DNA of 64,000 nt from an uncultured Actinomycetota bacterium (lineage in GTDB: Bacteria > Actinomycetota > Actinomycetes > Mycobacteriales > Geodermatophilaceae). The DNA lies in assembly GCA_963748305.1 (NCBI GenBank), contig CAVVIN010000008.1:181798-245797 (forward strand), given 5' to 3'. Under the pieces are notes generated by a model, which worked only from the letters and a program-made list of their open reading frames with translations, was not told the origin of the DNA and searched no databases. Made by a program: the position numbers and the translations under genes. Positions 11,593 to 21,107 of the stretch are shown here, in pieces (position 1 is the stretch's first letter; every line of letters begins with the position of its first letter).

Positions 11593-12065
11593 GCGGTGTC
11601 GGCCAGCAGTGCGGGCGCGCGCTCGACCAGTGCCCGTTCGTCGGCGTAGGCCAGTCGGCCGCTCAACTCGTCGAGGGGCACCCAGGCGACCTCGGTCACC
11701 TCGATGTCGGCGTCGGAGAGGGCGCCTCCGATCGCGCGGAGCAGGAAGTGATGCACCGTCTTGTGCACGCGACGCCCGTCGGCGACGAACCAGAAGTCGA
11801 TGATGCCGAGCGGGGCGACGACCTCGCCGATGATCCCGGTCTCTTCGGCGACCTCGCGGACGGCGGTGTCCTCGGGGGTCTCGCCCTCCTCGATGTGGCC
11901 CTTGGGCAGGGACCAGAGGAGCCGGCCGCGGCGGTCCGTGCGGCCGATGAGGGCGGCACGGGGCCCGGTCACAGGGTCGTCAGCGACCACCAGGCCCCCG
12001 GCGGAGGTCTCGTCGACCCGGCGCAACCGGCGGCCGGGGCGTCCGCGCCCGCCGGTCCCAGCCAT
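11589..12065 (-). CDS. mutT4: NUDIX hydrolase (MutT4-like)
   Basis: 158 aa with a Nudix box: [25 protein letters not shown]. Its stop overlaps the start of the downstream Rv3909-like gene. Confidence 0.7.
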   Translation of the reverse strand: MAGTGGRGRPGRRLRRVDETSAGGLVVADDPVTGPRAALIGRTDRRGRLLWSLPKGHIEEGETPEDTAVREVAEETGIIGEVVAPLGIIDFWFVADGRRVHKTVHHFLLRAIGGALSDADIEVTEVAWVPLDELSGRLAYADERALVERAPALLADTA

Positions 12066-12214
12066 GCCAGGAGGGTAGCGCGCGCGGCGACAGCTCCGGG
12101 AGCATCGCAGCGAGCGCCAGCGAGCGAGGAGCGGAGCGGGACCCGGGCCGGACCGGAGCGCTTCGGTGCCGCACTACTCTGGTTCGTCGTGTCCGCCACC
12201 CCCCCGAGTCCTCC

Positions 12215-13694
12215 TGCCGGGGCACTTCCCGTGCCCCCGGCTGTCCAGGAGACGGTCCGGGCTCTGGTCGACCTCTCCCCCGTCCTCACCGAGCTCGGCG
12301 AGCGCTTCACCAGGGCGGGCTTCGAGGTCCATCTCGTCGGGGGTTCGGTGCGCGACGCGCTGCTGGCCGCGGCGCGCCCGGGCAGGACCGACCGACCTGC
12401 CCGGCGACCTCGACGTCACCACCGACGCCCGGCCGGAGCAGGTGCTCGAACTGTTGCACGGGTGGGCGGGTTCCACGTGGAACACGGGGATCGCCTTCGG
12501 CACCGTGGGCGCCGAGGTGCGCGGCATCCGCCTGGAGATCACCACCTTCCGGGCGGACCGCTACGACCGGGAGTCGCGCAACCCCGAGGTGGCGTGGGGT
12601 GCCTCGCTCGTCGACGACCTGATCCGCCGCGACTTCACCGTGAACGCGATGGCGGTCTCGCTGGGCCCCGACCGCACGGTGACCGACCCCTTCGGCGGGC
12701 TGGGCGACCTGCTCGCCGCGGCGGCTGCGGACGCCCGGGTCCGCCGCCGACTCCTTCGCCGACGACCCGCTGCGGATGCTGCGCGCCGTCCGCTTCGTGG
12801 CCCAGCTCGGACTCACCCCGGTCGACGAGGTCGTCGAGGCCATGACGGCGATGTCCGGCGAGCTGGCGCGGATCACGCCCGAGCGGGTCCAGGTGGAGCT
12901 GTCGAAGACGCTGCTGCAGGACTCCCCGCGCGCGGCGCTGGAGCTCTTCGTGGCAACCGGGCTGGCCGACGCCGACGTCCTCCCGGAGCTGTCGGCGCTG
13001 CGGATGGAGATCGACGAGCACCACCAGCACAAGGACGTCTACTCCCATTCGCTGACCGTGCTCGAGCAGGCGATCGCCCTGGAGAAGGCCGAGTGCCGGA
13101 GCGCACGCCGGGTCACCGGACCTGGTGCTGCGGCTGGCCGCGCTGCTGCACGACATCGGCAAGCCGGCCACCCGCCGGCACGAGGAGCGCGGGCGGGTCT
13201 CCTTCCACCACCACGAGGTGGTCGGGGCGAAGCTGGTGAAGAAGCGGCTGACCGCGCTGCGCTACCCCAAGGACGTCATCGAGGCGGTCGCCCGGCTGAC
13301 CTTCCTGCACCTGCGCTTCCACGGCTACGGCAGCGGGGAGTGGACCGACTCGGCGGTGCGCCGCTACGTCACCGACGCCGGCGACCTGCTCCCCCGGCTG
13401 CACAAGCTGGTGCGCTCGGACTCGACCACGCGCAACAAGAAGCGGGCGGCGGCGCTGTCGGCGACGTACGACTCCCTCGAGCAGCGGATCGCCGAGCTGT
13501 CGGAGCGGGAGAACCTGGCACGCGTGCGGCCGGACCTCGACGGCAACGCGATCATGGAGCTGCTGGGGCTGGAGCCGGGGCCGGACGTGGGCCGCGCCTG
13601 GCGCTTCCTCAAGGAGCTGCGGCTGGAGCGCGGCCCGCTGTCCCACGAGGAGGCCGAGGCGGAGCTGCGCGCCTGGTGGGCCGCCCAGGACTGA
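12215..13694 (+). CDS. pcnA: CCA tRNA nucleotidyltransferase / poly(A) polymerase with a C-terminal HD domain. It carries three frameshifts (about 12380, about 12740, about 13110).
   Basis: Colinear pieces in three frames: HLVGGSVRDALL; GDLDVTTDARPEQVLELL...TFRADRYDRESRNPEV...RRDFTVNAMAV; LRAVRFVAQLGL...; LAALLHDIGKPATRRHEERGRVSFHHHEVVGAKLV... Confidence 0.7.
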
Positions 13695-13737
13695 CCCCGG
13701 CGGTTCCGCGACACACCGCTGCGGGCAGCATGGCGGC

Positions 13738-14359
13738 ATGAGCAGCGACATCTGGCCCGTGGTCCATGCCGAGCGACGGGCGCTGGCCGCCGACCTGGAG
13801 GGGCTGGCGCCGGAGCGGTGGCAGACCCGGTCGCTGTGCACCGACTGGAGCGTCCACGACGTCCTCGCGCACATGGTCGCGACGGCGAAGGAGACTCCCC
13901 CGGGGTTCTTCGTCGGCCTGGTGACGTCGGGCTTCAGCCTCTCGAAGCACACCGCGAAGCGGATCGCCGCCGAGCGGACCGGCGGGCCCGACCGCGACCC
14001 TCGAGGCCTTCCGGGCGGTGGAGTCGTCCACCGCGGCCCCGCCCGGACCGAAGCTGAGCTGGCTCGGTGAGGCGCTGGTCCACGCCGAGGACATCCGGCG
14101 TCCGCTGGGGATCGCGCACGACTACCCGCTCGCGTCGGTCACCGCCGTCACCGAGTTCTACGCCGGGTCGAACGTGCTCATCGGCGGCAAGCGCCGGGTG
14201 ACCGGGCTGACCTTGAAGGCCACCGACACCGATTGGTCCCACGGCAGCGGCCCCGTCGTCGAAGGACCGGCCGTGGCGCTCATGCTGGCGACGACCGGCC
14301 GCAAGCAGGCGCTCGACGACCTCACCGGCCCCGGCGTCGAGACCCTGCGCACCCGCTGA
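13738..14359 (+). CDS. DinB/YfiT-like, mycothiol-dependent maleylpyruvate-isomerase N-terminal-domain family protein. One frameshift near 14000.
   Basis: RRALAADLEGLAPERWQTRSLCTDWSVHDVLAHMV... continues in the second frame with LSWLGEALVHAEDIRRPLG. Confidence 0.45.
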
Positions 14360-14368
14360 GCCGTTAGC

Positions 14369-14410
14369 GGAGTGCATTTGTCGCGGTTAGCTGCACGAAT
14401 CCACTCCGCA
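14369..14410 (+). repeat. left copy of a 42-bp imperfect direct repeat that is itself palindromic (GGAGTGcATT...AATCCACTCC). It flanks the DUF559 gene.
   Basis: ggagtgcatttgtcgcggttagctgcacgaatccactccgca. About 36 of 42 bases are identical to the copy at 15424-15465. The arms GGAGTG(g)ATT and AATCCACTCC are reverse complements. Confidence 0.6.
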
Positions 14411-14467
14411 CGACCGCGAGACTGTGGATAACGCGAGAGAGCGCTGATCCCTGGACCCACGATCCAC

Positions 14468-15420
14468 ATGTGCCGTCCCGACCCGAGTTCCCACCCGAGT
14501 GGGCAGTCGCGCGCCGTGCAGGATCTCCGCGACCGAGGCGTGAGCAACGCCAGCGTCAGGACCGCGGTCCGGGCCGGTCGTTGGCAAGAACCCGTCCGCG
14601 GCGTCGTCGTCCCGCACTCGGGTCCTCTGACACAACGCGAGCGATGGCTGGTGGCCCTCGCCTTCGCCGGTCCGGAGGCGTGCCTCTCCCACCGGAGCGC
14701 ACTACGGCTGTGGGGGGCGAAAGCCGAGGAACTTTCCGCCGCGCGACGGGTGGCCGGAGTGCTCGGCGACTTCCATGCCCCAGCGGACGGCGGCATGGTC
14801 GAGGTGTCCCGTATCCATGGCCAACACATGGCATCGCACGGGTTCGTCGTCGTCCATCAGAGCCGCAGGCCAATCGAAGCCGTCACGTTGTCAGGACTGC
14901 GGTCCACCAACGCAGCCCGAGCCGCCATCGATGTTGCGCTCACCGCACAGCGGCGCGCGGACGTGGACCACGTTATCGCCGACGTCCTGCAGAAGGGTCT
15001 CGCGAACGTCGAGTCGCTCGTCGAGGAGACGCGTCAGGCCGGCCGGCTTGCAACCTCCTGGCTCAGGGCAGCGGTGGCCGATGCGGGTCGTGGGATGCGC
15101 TCGGTCGGCGAGAGCGATCTACGCCGCGTCGTGCTGGCTGCAGGCCTGCCTGAGCCCGAGTGGAACGCGCCGATCGAGACTGCGACCGGGACGTACCACG
15201 TCGACGCCTTGTGGCGGGCCAAGCGGGTCGCGGCCGAGGCGGATGGACGGGCCTACCACCTGAACGCCCGCGACTGGGCCGCCGATCTGCGGCGCCAGAA
15301 CGCGATCCACGGTGCGGGTGTGGTGCTCCTGCGCTTCCCGGTGCGGCGGCTCCGCTTCGAGCCGGTGGGCATGTGGACGCGAGATGTACGTGCTCGTCGC
15401 ATGAGAGGAGTGGATTTGTG
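14468..15420 (+). CDS. DUF559-type protein with an N-terminal AbiEi-like (DUF4095-like) domain. The 3' end is uncertain.
   Basis: The first roughly 310 aa of ORF 14468-17554 read VRTAVRAGRWQEPVRGVVVPHSG...ACLSHRSALRLWG...HVDALWRAKRVAAEADGRAYHL...LLRFPVRRL. The remainder of that giant ORF is an antisense read-through of the MFS gene plus the YqgE gene. Confidence 0.55.
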
Positions 15421-15423
15421 CGG

Positions 15424-15465
15424 ATTACCTGCACGAATCCACTCCACAACCACATCAGTGGCGGG
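15424..15465 (+). repeat. right copy of the 42-bp palindromic direct repeat
   Basis: ggagtggatttgtgcggattacctgcacgaatccactccaca. It overlaps the 3' end of the convergent MFS gene. Confidence 0.6.
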
Positions 15466-16732
15466 AGGTGATGCGGCGGTAGAGGACGGCGGTCAGGAGG
15501 TAGGTCGCCCCGACGATGCCGAGCATCCAGTACGAGATCCCCGACGACGGCAGCGTGAACGCCCCGATGAGCACGGCGACGACGAACGTGACGTTGAACA
15601 GGGTGTCGTAGACGGAGAAGACGCGGCCGCGGAAGTCGTCGTCCACGCTCTCCTGCAGCGTCGTGTCCACGCAGATCTTGACGGCCTGCGCGAGGAACCC
15701 CAGCGCCAGACCCGCGACCACCGTGGTCGGCGCCGTGAACGCCAGGAAGAGCGCCGGCAGGGCTACGCCGGCGCCGGCCAGCAGCCAGGTGATCCAGCGG
15801 GGCTTCCCGACGTGCCGGACGACCCACGGGGTGACGGCGGCCGCGAGCAGGGTGCCGATCGCCCCGGCACCGACCACCTCGCCGAGGCCGACGAGCCCCC
15901 CGGTGAAGAAGCCGCCGTCCGGCGGGAAGGTGTTGCGGTACAGCAGCAGGATCACCAGCGTGAGGAAGCCGAAGCACAGCCGGTGCAGGCTCATCGCGGC
16001 CAGCGCGGCCGCCGCGGGCGGATGGGCCCACACGTGCCGGGCGCCGGCGGCCATCCCGACGACGACGTCGCGGACCGACAGGTGCACCGACCGGGCCAGA
16101 TGGTCGGGGCCGAGGTAGGCGCGCCCGAAACCGGCGACCACCGCGGCCGCGCCGAGATAGGGCAGCGCCGCCGAGAGGGCCAGCGCCGCGTACCCGCTGT
16201 CCCCCGCGCCGGCCAGCTGCAGGAGGCCGAGGGCGGCCCCGCCACCGGCCACCGTGGACACGGAGCCCGCCGTCGTCGACAGCGCGTTGGCCGACACGAG
16301 CGAGGGCTCGTCCACCGTGTGCGGCAACGACGCGGAGAGGGCGGCCAGGATGAAGCGGTTCACCGAGAAGACCGCCAGGCCCACGACGTAGAAGCCGGTG
16401 CCCTGGACGCCCATGAACACCAGAACGGCCACGACCGCGACCAGCCCGGCCCGCAGCAGGTTGGCGCGCAACAGCACCTGGCGCCGGCTCCAGCGGTCCA
16501 GCCAGACGCCGGCGAAGGGCCCGACGAACGAGTAGGGCAGCAGCAGGATCGCGAAGCCGGCGGCCACGTCGACCGGCTCCGCAGCCCGCTGCGGGTTGAA
16601 CAGCACGGTCCCGGCCAGCGCGGCCTGGAAGACGCCGTCGCCGAACTGGGCGAAGAGCCGGGTGACGAGCAGGCGCCGGAAGTCCTTGCGCGGCAACAGG
16701 TGGCGGATGCTCGTCTCCGCCACCGCATGCAT
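15455..16732 (-). CDS. MFS transporter (12 TM, EntS/enterobactin-exporter-like family)
   Basis: Intact 425 aa: LLVTRLFAQFGDGVFQAALAGTVLF...GVWLDRWSRRQVLL, and a hydrophobic 12-helix pattern. Confidence 0.75.
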   Translation of the reverse strand: MHAVAETSIRHLLPRKDFRRLLVTRLFAQFGDGVFQAALAGTVLFNPQRAAEPVDVAAGFAILLLPYSFVGPFAGVWLDRWSRRQVLLRANLLRAGLVAVVAVLVFMGVQGTGFYVVGLAVFSVNRFILAALSASLPHTVDEPSLVSANALSTTAGSVSTVAGGGAALGLLQLAGAGDSGYAALALSAALPYLGAAAVVAGFGRAYLGPDHLARSVHLSVRDVVVGMAAGARHVWAHPPAAAALAAMSLHRLCFGFLTLVILLLYRNTFPPDGGFFTGGLVGLGEVVGAGAIGTLLAAAVTPWVVRHVGKPRWITWLLAGAGVALPALFLAFTAPTTVVAGLALGFLAQAVKICVDTTLQESVDDDFRGRVFSVYDTLFNVTFVVAVLIGAFTLPSSGISYWMLGIVGATYLLTAVLYRRITSRH

Positions 16733-16887
16733 CCGGTCACCCTAAGCGGACCGCGGGCGTCCGCAGGGTCACCGACGAGCCGGACCCCGCCGTCCGGAAA
16801 TGATTCTGCACAGCTCGGCCTGCGTGGTTGTCCACGACGGCGGCGCGACCGCCTCCGAGCCGCCCGCCATTGGGGCACACTGGCAGC

Positions 16888-17554
16888 GATGACCCCGGTG
16901 CCCGCGTCGCCCGATCCCGAGTCCGGACCGCCTGCGCGGCCCGCGATCGGTCGACGCCGCGCCGCGGCGGTCCCCACGCTCTCCATCGGCGCGCTCGACG
17001 ACGTCCGCGCGGGCAGCCTGCTGGTCGCCATGCCGGCACTGACGGACCCCACGTTCGCCGGCACCGTCGTCTACGTGCTCGACCACTCCGACACCGGCAC
17101 GCTCGGCGTCGTCCTCGGCCGGCCCAGCCAGGTCGAGATCCGCGACGTCCTCCCCGGCTGGTGTGACCTCGCCGTCGAGCCGGGCGTTTTCCACGTCGGC
17201 GGACCGTGCGAGACCGACACCGCGCTCTGCCTCGCGGTCGGCCCGGCCGCCGCTCCGGACGAGGACCGCGGGCTGCGCCGCGTCGCCGGCGACGTCTACC
17301 TCGTCGACCTCGACAGCGACCCGGCCGAGCTCCCCGAACTGACCGGGCTGCGCGTCTTCGCGGGGTACGCCGGCTGGTCGGCCGGCCAGCTGGCGGGCGA
17401 GATCGTCGAGGGCGCGTGGGCCTGCGTGCCCGGCGAACCGGACGACGTCCTCAGCACGCTGGCCGGCCCGGATCTGTGGCGCGCGGTGATGGGCCGGCAG
17501 TCCGGCCACCGGGCCGTGCTCTCCACCGCACCGGCCGACCCGACGGCGAACTAG
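16888..17554 (+). CDS. YqgE/AlgH family protein (UPF0301/DUF179)
   Basis: MTPVPASPD...GSLLVAMPALTDPTFAGTVVYVLDHSDTGTLGVVLGRPS...FAGYAGWSAGQLAGEI. Confidence 0.6.
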
Positions 17555-17612
17555 CCGCGACTCGCCCCGGAAGGGCAGCGCGAACCGCCGGATTCTGGTA
17601 GGAAAGAGCCCG

Positions 17613-17647
17613 GGAGAGGGCGGTCTGGGGAAGAGGCCGCCCTCTCC
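17613..17647. terminator. hairpin (11-bp stem) downstream of the YqgE-like gene
   Basis: ggagagggcgg tctggggaagag gccgccctctcc. Confidence 0.4.
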
Positions 17648-17667
17648 TGCTGTCCTGGGGCGGGTGT

Positions 17668-17721
17668 GGCCCCGTCCAGGGCACCGCCCCGAGCTTGCGA
17701 GGGGTGGTGAGGACGGGGTCC
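17668..17721 (-). repeat. copy B of a roughly 54-nt nested-hairpin element, directly after the lipoprotein gene stop
   Basis: In gene orientation: TAA-CAAAGGACCCCGTCCTCACCACCCCTCGCAAGCTCGGGGCGGTGCCCTGGACGGGGCC. It is near-identical to the element after the stop at 27283. Confidence 0.55.
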
Positions 17722-17725
17722 TTTG

Positions 17726-18499
17726 TTAGACCCCCAGCGCCTCGGCGATCTCCGGATGGTCCACGGCCTCCGCGGTCTCCTCGTCGGCCGGCAGGTCCAC
17801 CGTCCGGGTCCCGTGGTCGGACAGCGTCACGGTCGCGTCGAACGCGCCGTCCAGCAGCGGCGTCGAGAACTGCAGCAGCAGGTCGTCGGCGGCCGACACC
17901 GCCACGGTGCGCCCACCGCGGAGCCCGAACAGCGAGGCCAGCCGGCTGTCGATGGACCGCTGCCCCTGCCACGTGTAGTCCTCGCCCAGGAACGACTCGG
18001 GCTCGTCGGCCGTCTCCGCGGACAGCCGCAGCAGCAGCGTGACCAGCACGTCGGCCAGCAGCGGCCCGCCGTCGTCGCCGGCGGTCGTCAGGTCCCGGTG
18101 CAGGTAGGTGGCCGTCGGCTCGTCGGCGTCGGCGAGCGCCTCGGGCAGGCCGGGGACGTCCCCGGTCCACACCTCGTCGGCGGTGAAGAACAGCGTGCGG
18201 ACGTCGTCCTCGCGGCCCGTGCCGAACGTCGTGACCGCCTGGGCGCGGCCGACGCCGTCCTCGAAGTCGACCTCGCCGGTCAAGGTCAGGACGACGCCGT
18301 CGCGGTAGGGCGCGGTGACGACGAAGTCCGCGCCGCCCTCGGTGTAGTTGCGGTGCAGGAGCGTCGACAGCGCCGTCGCCTCCGCCTGAGTGACCTGGTC
18401 ACCGGGGCGACGGGGCGCGGCGGCCTCGGCCGTGCAGCCGGCCAGCAGGGCGGTGACCAGCCCCGCTGCGACGACGACCAGGGAGCCGCGGGACCGCAT
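17726..18499 (-). CDS. hypothetical lipoprotein (signal peptide plus lipobox LLAGC)
   Basis: MRSRGSLVVVAAGLVTALLAGCTAE..., intact 257 aa, acidic. Confidence 0.5.
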   Translation of the reverse strand: MRSRGSLVVVAAGLVTALLAGCTAEAAAPRRPGDQVTQAEATALSTLLHRNYTEGGADFVVTAPYRDGVVLTLTGEVDFEDGVGRAQAVTTFGTGREDDVRTLFFTADEVWTGDVPGLPEALADADEPTATYLHRDLTTAGDDGGPLLADVLVTLLLRLSAETADEPESFLGEDYTWQGQRSIDSRLASLFGLRGGRTVAVSAADDLLLQFSTPLLDGAFDATVTLSDHGTRTVDLPADEETAEAVDHPEIAEALGV

Positions 18500-18605
18500 G
18501 CGGTGCAGCGTAGAGAAAGGACCACCCTGCCCCCCGCCACTCGCCCGCTCGCGGCGGGTCCCCGCAGGGCGGCCGCTCCGGTCGCCTGCGGGGACCCGGA
18601 ACGAC

Positions 18606-18645
18606 GCACGGGCCCGCGCCCTCCGGAGAGGACGCGGGCCCGTGC
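18606..18645 (-). terminator. 13-bp-stem hairpin downstream of ino1. A second hairpin lies at 18556-18597.
   Basis: gcacgggcccgcg ccctccggagagga cgcgggcccgtgc, and gggtccccgcagg...cctgcggggaccc. Confidence 0.45.
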
Positions 18646-18661
18646 GGTGGTGCGTGCTGTG

Positions 18662-19741
18662 CTAGCGCTCGATGTCGCCGCGGATGAACGCCTCGACGGC
18701 GTCGCGGGCCTCGCTGTCGCTGTACTGCACCGGCGGGCTCTTCATGAAGTACGAGGACGCCGACAGGATCGGGCCCCCGATGCCCCGGTCGAGCGCGATC
18801 TTCGCGGCCCGGACGGCGTCGATGATGATGCCGGCCGAGTTGGGGGAGTCCCAGACCTCGAGCTTGTACTCCAGGTTCAGCGGGACGTCGCCGAACGCGC
18901 GGCCCTCGAGGCGGACGTAGGCCCACTTGCGGTCCGACAGCCACGGCACGTGGTCCGACGGCCCGATGTGCACGTTGCCGGCACCCATGTCGCGGTCGAC
19001 CTGCGAGGTGACCGACTGGGTCTTGGAGATCTTCTTGGACTCCAGGCGCTCACGCTCGAGCATGTTCTTGAAGTCCATGTTGCCGCCGACGTTGAGCTGC
19101 ATCGTGCGGTCGAGCTGCACGCCGCGGTCCTCGAACAGCTTGGCCAGCACCCGGTGGGTGATGGTCGCGCCGACCTGGCTCTTGATGTCGTCGCCGACGA
19201 TCGGGACCCCGGCGGCGGTGAACTTGTCGGCCCACGCCTTGGTGCCGGCGATGAACACCGGGAGGGCGTTGACGAACGCGACCCCGGCGTCCAGGGAGCA
19301 CTGCGCGTAGAACTCCGCCGCGTGCTGCGACCCGACGGGCAGGTAGCAGACGAGGACGTCGGCGCCCGACTCACGCAGCGCCGCGACGACGTCGACCGGC
19401 TGCTCGTCGGACTCCTCGATCGTCTCGCGGTAGTACTTGCCCAGGCCGTCGAGGGTGGTGCCGCGCTGCACGGTCACGCCCAGGGGCGGGACGTCGGCGA
19501 TCTTGATGGTGTTGTTCTCGCTGGCCACGATGGCCTCGGAGAGGTCGCGGCCGACCTTCTTGGCGTCGACGTCGAAGGCGGCGACGAACTCGATGTCGGA
19601 GACGTGGTAGTCGCCGAAGCGGACGTGCATCAACCCCGGCACGGACGTCGAGGCGTCGGCGTCCTTGTAGTACTCGATGCCCTGGACGAGCGAGGCGGCG
19701 CAGTTGCCGACGCCGACGATGGCGACCTTGACGGTGCCCAT
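18662..19741 (-). CDS. ino1: myo-inositol-1-phosphate synthase
   Basis: Intact 359 aa: [20 protein letters not shown]...[12 protein letters not shown]...; actinobacterial Ino1 (Rv0046c-like). Paired with padR as in Mtb. Confidence 0.9.
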   Translation of the reverse strand: MGTVKVAIVGVGNCAASLVQGIEYYKDADASTSVPGLMHVRFGDYHVSDIEFVAAFDVDAKKVGRDLSEAIVASENNTIKIADVPPLGVTVQRGTTLDGLGKYYRETIEESDEQPVDVVAALRESGADVLVCYLPVGSQHAAEFYAQCSLDAGVAFVNALPVFIAGTKAWADKFTAAGVPIVGDDIKSQVGATITHRVLAKLFEDRGVQLDRTMQLNVGGNMDFKNMLERERLESKKISKTQSVTSQVDRDMGAGNVHIGPSDHVPWLSDRKWAYVRLEGRAFGDVPLNLEYKLEVWDSPNSAGIIIDAVRAAKIALDRGIGGPILSASSYFMKSPPVQYSDSEARDAVEAFIRGDIER

Positions 19742-19835
19742 GGAGTCTCCTTCTGGTTCGGACCGCGGACGGTCGTTGTTCGGCGGACCGCAGTGGGTCC
19801 TGCGTGCTGGTGGTGACGACCGGCTGGCCGGTGCG

Positions 19836-20444
19836 TCAGGTCGGTGGGTGGTGCGGGCGGGGGAATCCGGGTGGCGGGTCGGGCTCGGCAGCGTTGCGTC
19901 GCTCGTGATCGATCAGCTCGGACAGCCAACGAACCTCGCGGTCGACCGATTCCAGGCCGTGCCGCTGCAGCTCGAGGGTGTAGCGGTCCAGCCGTTCACG
20001 GGTGCGGGCCAGCGAGGAGCGCAGCCCCTCGCGCTGCCGCTCGACCGTGCGACGGCGGCCTTCGAGGATCCGCAGCCGGACGTCGGCCTCGGTGTGCCGG
20101 AAGAACGCCAGCCGGACGCCGAACAGACCGCCGTCGTCGTAGGCCTCCGGACCGGTCTGGCCGACCAGCTCGTGGAACCGCTCCTTGCCGTCGGCGGTGA
20201 TCGTGTAGACGACCTTGCCGCGGCGGCCGGTCAGCGGTGGGGCGTCGGCCGGCAGCAGCGCGTGCGGGTCGGGCTCGACGGTCCCGATCAGCCCGGCGGC
20301 GTGCATCCGCTTGAGGGCCGGGTAGAGCGAACCGTAGGAGATGCTGCGCAGCCCGCCGAGCACCTCGGAAAGCTGCTTGCGCAGCTCGTAGCCGTGCATC
20401 GGCGACTGATGGAGCAGGCCGAGGATGGCGAACTCGAGCATCGC
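19836..20444 (-). CDS. PadR-family transcriptional regulator. The start is taken at [10 protein letters not shown].
   Basis: [52 protein letters not shown], a PadR winged HTH. Rv0047c-like, positioned upstream of ino1. Confidence 0.7.
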   Translation of the reverse strand, partial: AMLEFAILGLLHQSPMHGYELRKQLSEVLGGLRSISYGSLYPALKRMHAAGLIGTVEPDPHALLPADAPPLTGRRGKVVYTITADGKERFHELVGQTGPEAYDDGGLFGVRLAFFRHTEADVRLRILEGRRRTVERQREGLRSSLARTRERLDRYTLELQRHGLESVDREVRWLSELIDHERRNAAEPDPPPGFPRPHHPPT

Positions 20445-20464
20445 GCCCTCCTCGGCCCGTAGTG

Positions 20465-20489
20465 TCGATGTATCGAGACGATACATCGA
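20465..20489. promoter_or_regulatory. perfect 11-bp inverted repeat TCGATGTATCG-aga-CGATACATCGA, about 20 bp upstream of the padR start. Candidate PadR operator.
   Basis: Read directly: tcgatgtatcgagacgatacatcga. It lies in the divergent padR / DUF5318 promoter region. Confidence 0.5.
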
Positions 20490-20523
20490 AATGCGGTGCT
20501 GAGCTGCACCCGGGGAGGCCCGG

Positions 20524-21009
20524 ATGCCGCGGAACCACGGGTGTCGTCGTCCGCACAACGCCCCGTGGACGGCGTTCCTGCGTACATTGACGGCCGTGCC
20601 CGGACGTCGATCCGTCGTGGACTACTCGCTGCAGCGGCGAGCTGTGCTCGCCGAGGTGTACGCGGGGCGCACGGGTCTGTTCGAGGTCTGCGACGCCAGT
20701 CCGTACCTCTCCCGGGCGGCCAAGTACCACGGCGAAGTGACCGATATCGCGTGCCCGGTCTGTCGCAAGGAACGACTCACGCTGGTGAACTACGTGTACG
20801 GCGACCATCTCGGTCCGACGGCGGGCCAGGCCAAGACAGAGGCCGAACTCGTCCGGATGGACGCGATGCAGGAGGAGTTCACCGTGTACGCCGTCGAGGT
20901 CTGCCGCAGTTGCGGCTGGAACCACCTCGACGCCTCGTACGTCCTCGGTGCCGAGCCGGCGCCCGGGCGTCAGGCCCGCAAGGGTCGGCGCCGGGCTGCC
21001 ACGGAGTAG
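20524..21009 (+). CDS. DUF5318-family protein (Rv0049-like). The true start is possibly near 20620.
   Basis: VVDYSLQRRAVLAEVYAGRTGLFEVCDASPYLSRAAKYHGEVTDIACPVCRKERLTLVNYVYGD...VEVCRSCGWNHL. Confidence 0.5.
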   Translation: MPRNHGCRRPHNAPWTAFLRTLTAVPGRRSVVDYSLQRRAVLAEVYAGRTGLFEVCDASPYLSRAAKYHGEVTDIACPVCRKERLTLVNYVYGDHLGPTAGQAKTEAELVRMDAMQEEFTVYAVEVCRSCGWNHLDASYVLGAEPAPGRQARKGRRRAATE

Positions 21010-21107
21010 CCACGGGCGCGACTGCGTCCGGCTCCCACAGCTGAAGACATGCCGCGATCGGGGCCGCCCCGGTCGCGACCACGACCTGCCAGAGAGGGGT
21101 TCCCTGC

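Noticed and set aside
14424-14432. E. coli-type DnaA box TGTGGATAA
   Set aside because: A single occurrence is expected by chance in 64 kb. The actinobacterial consensus is TTGTCCACA, so I did not count it with the TGTCCACA sites.
14468-17554. Single 1028-aa ORF
   Set aside because: Only the first roughly 310 aa (the DUF559/AbiEi-like protein) and the last roughly 220 aa (the YqgE-like protein, with its own ATG at 16888) are coding. The middle is an antisense read-through of the MFS transporter gene. It is not one protein.
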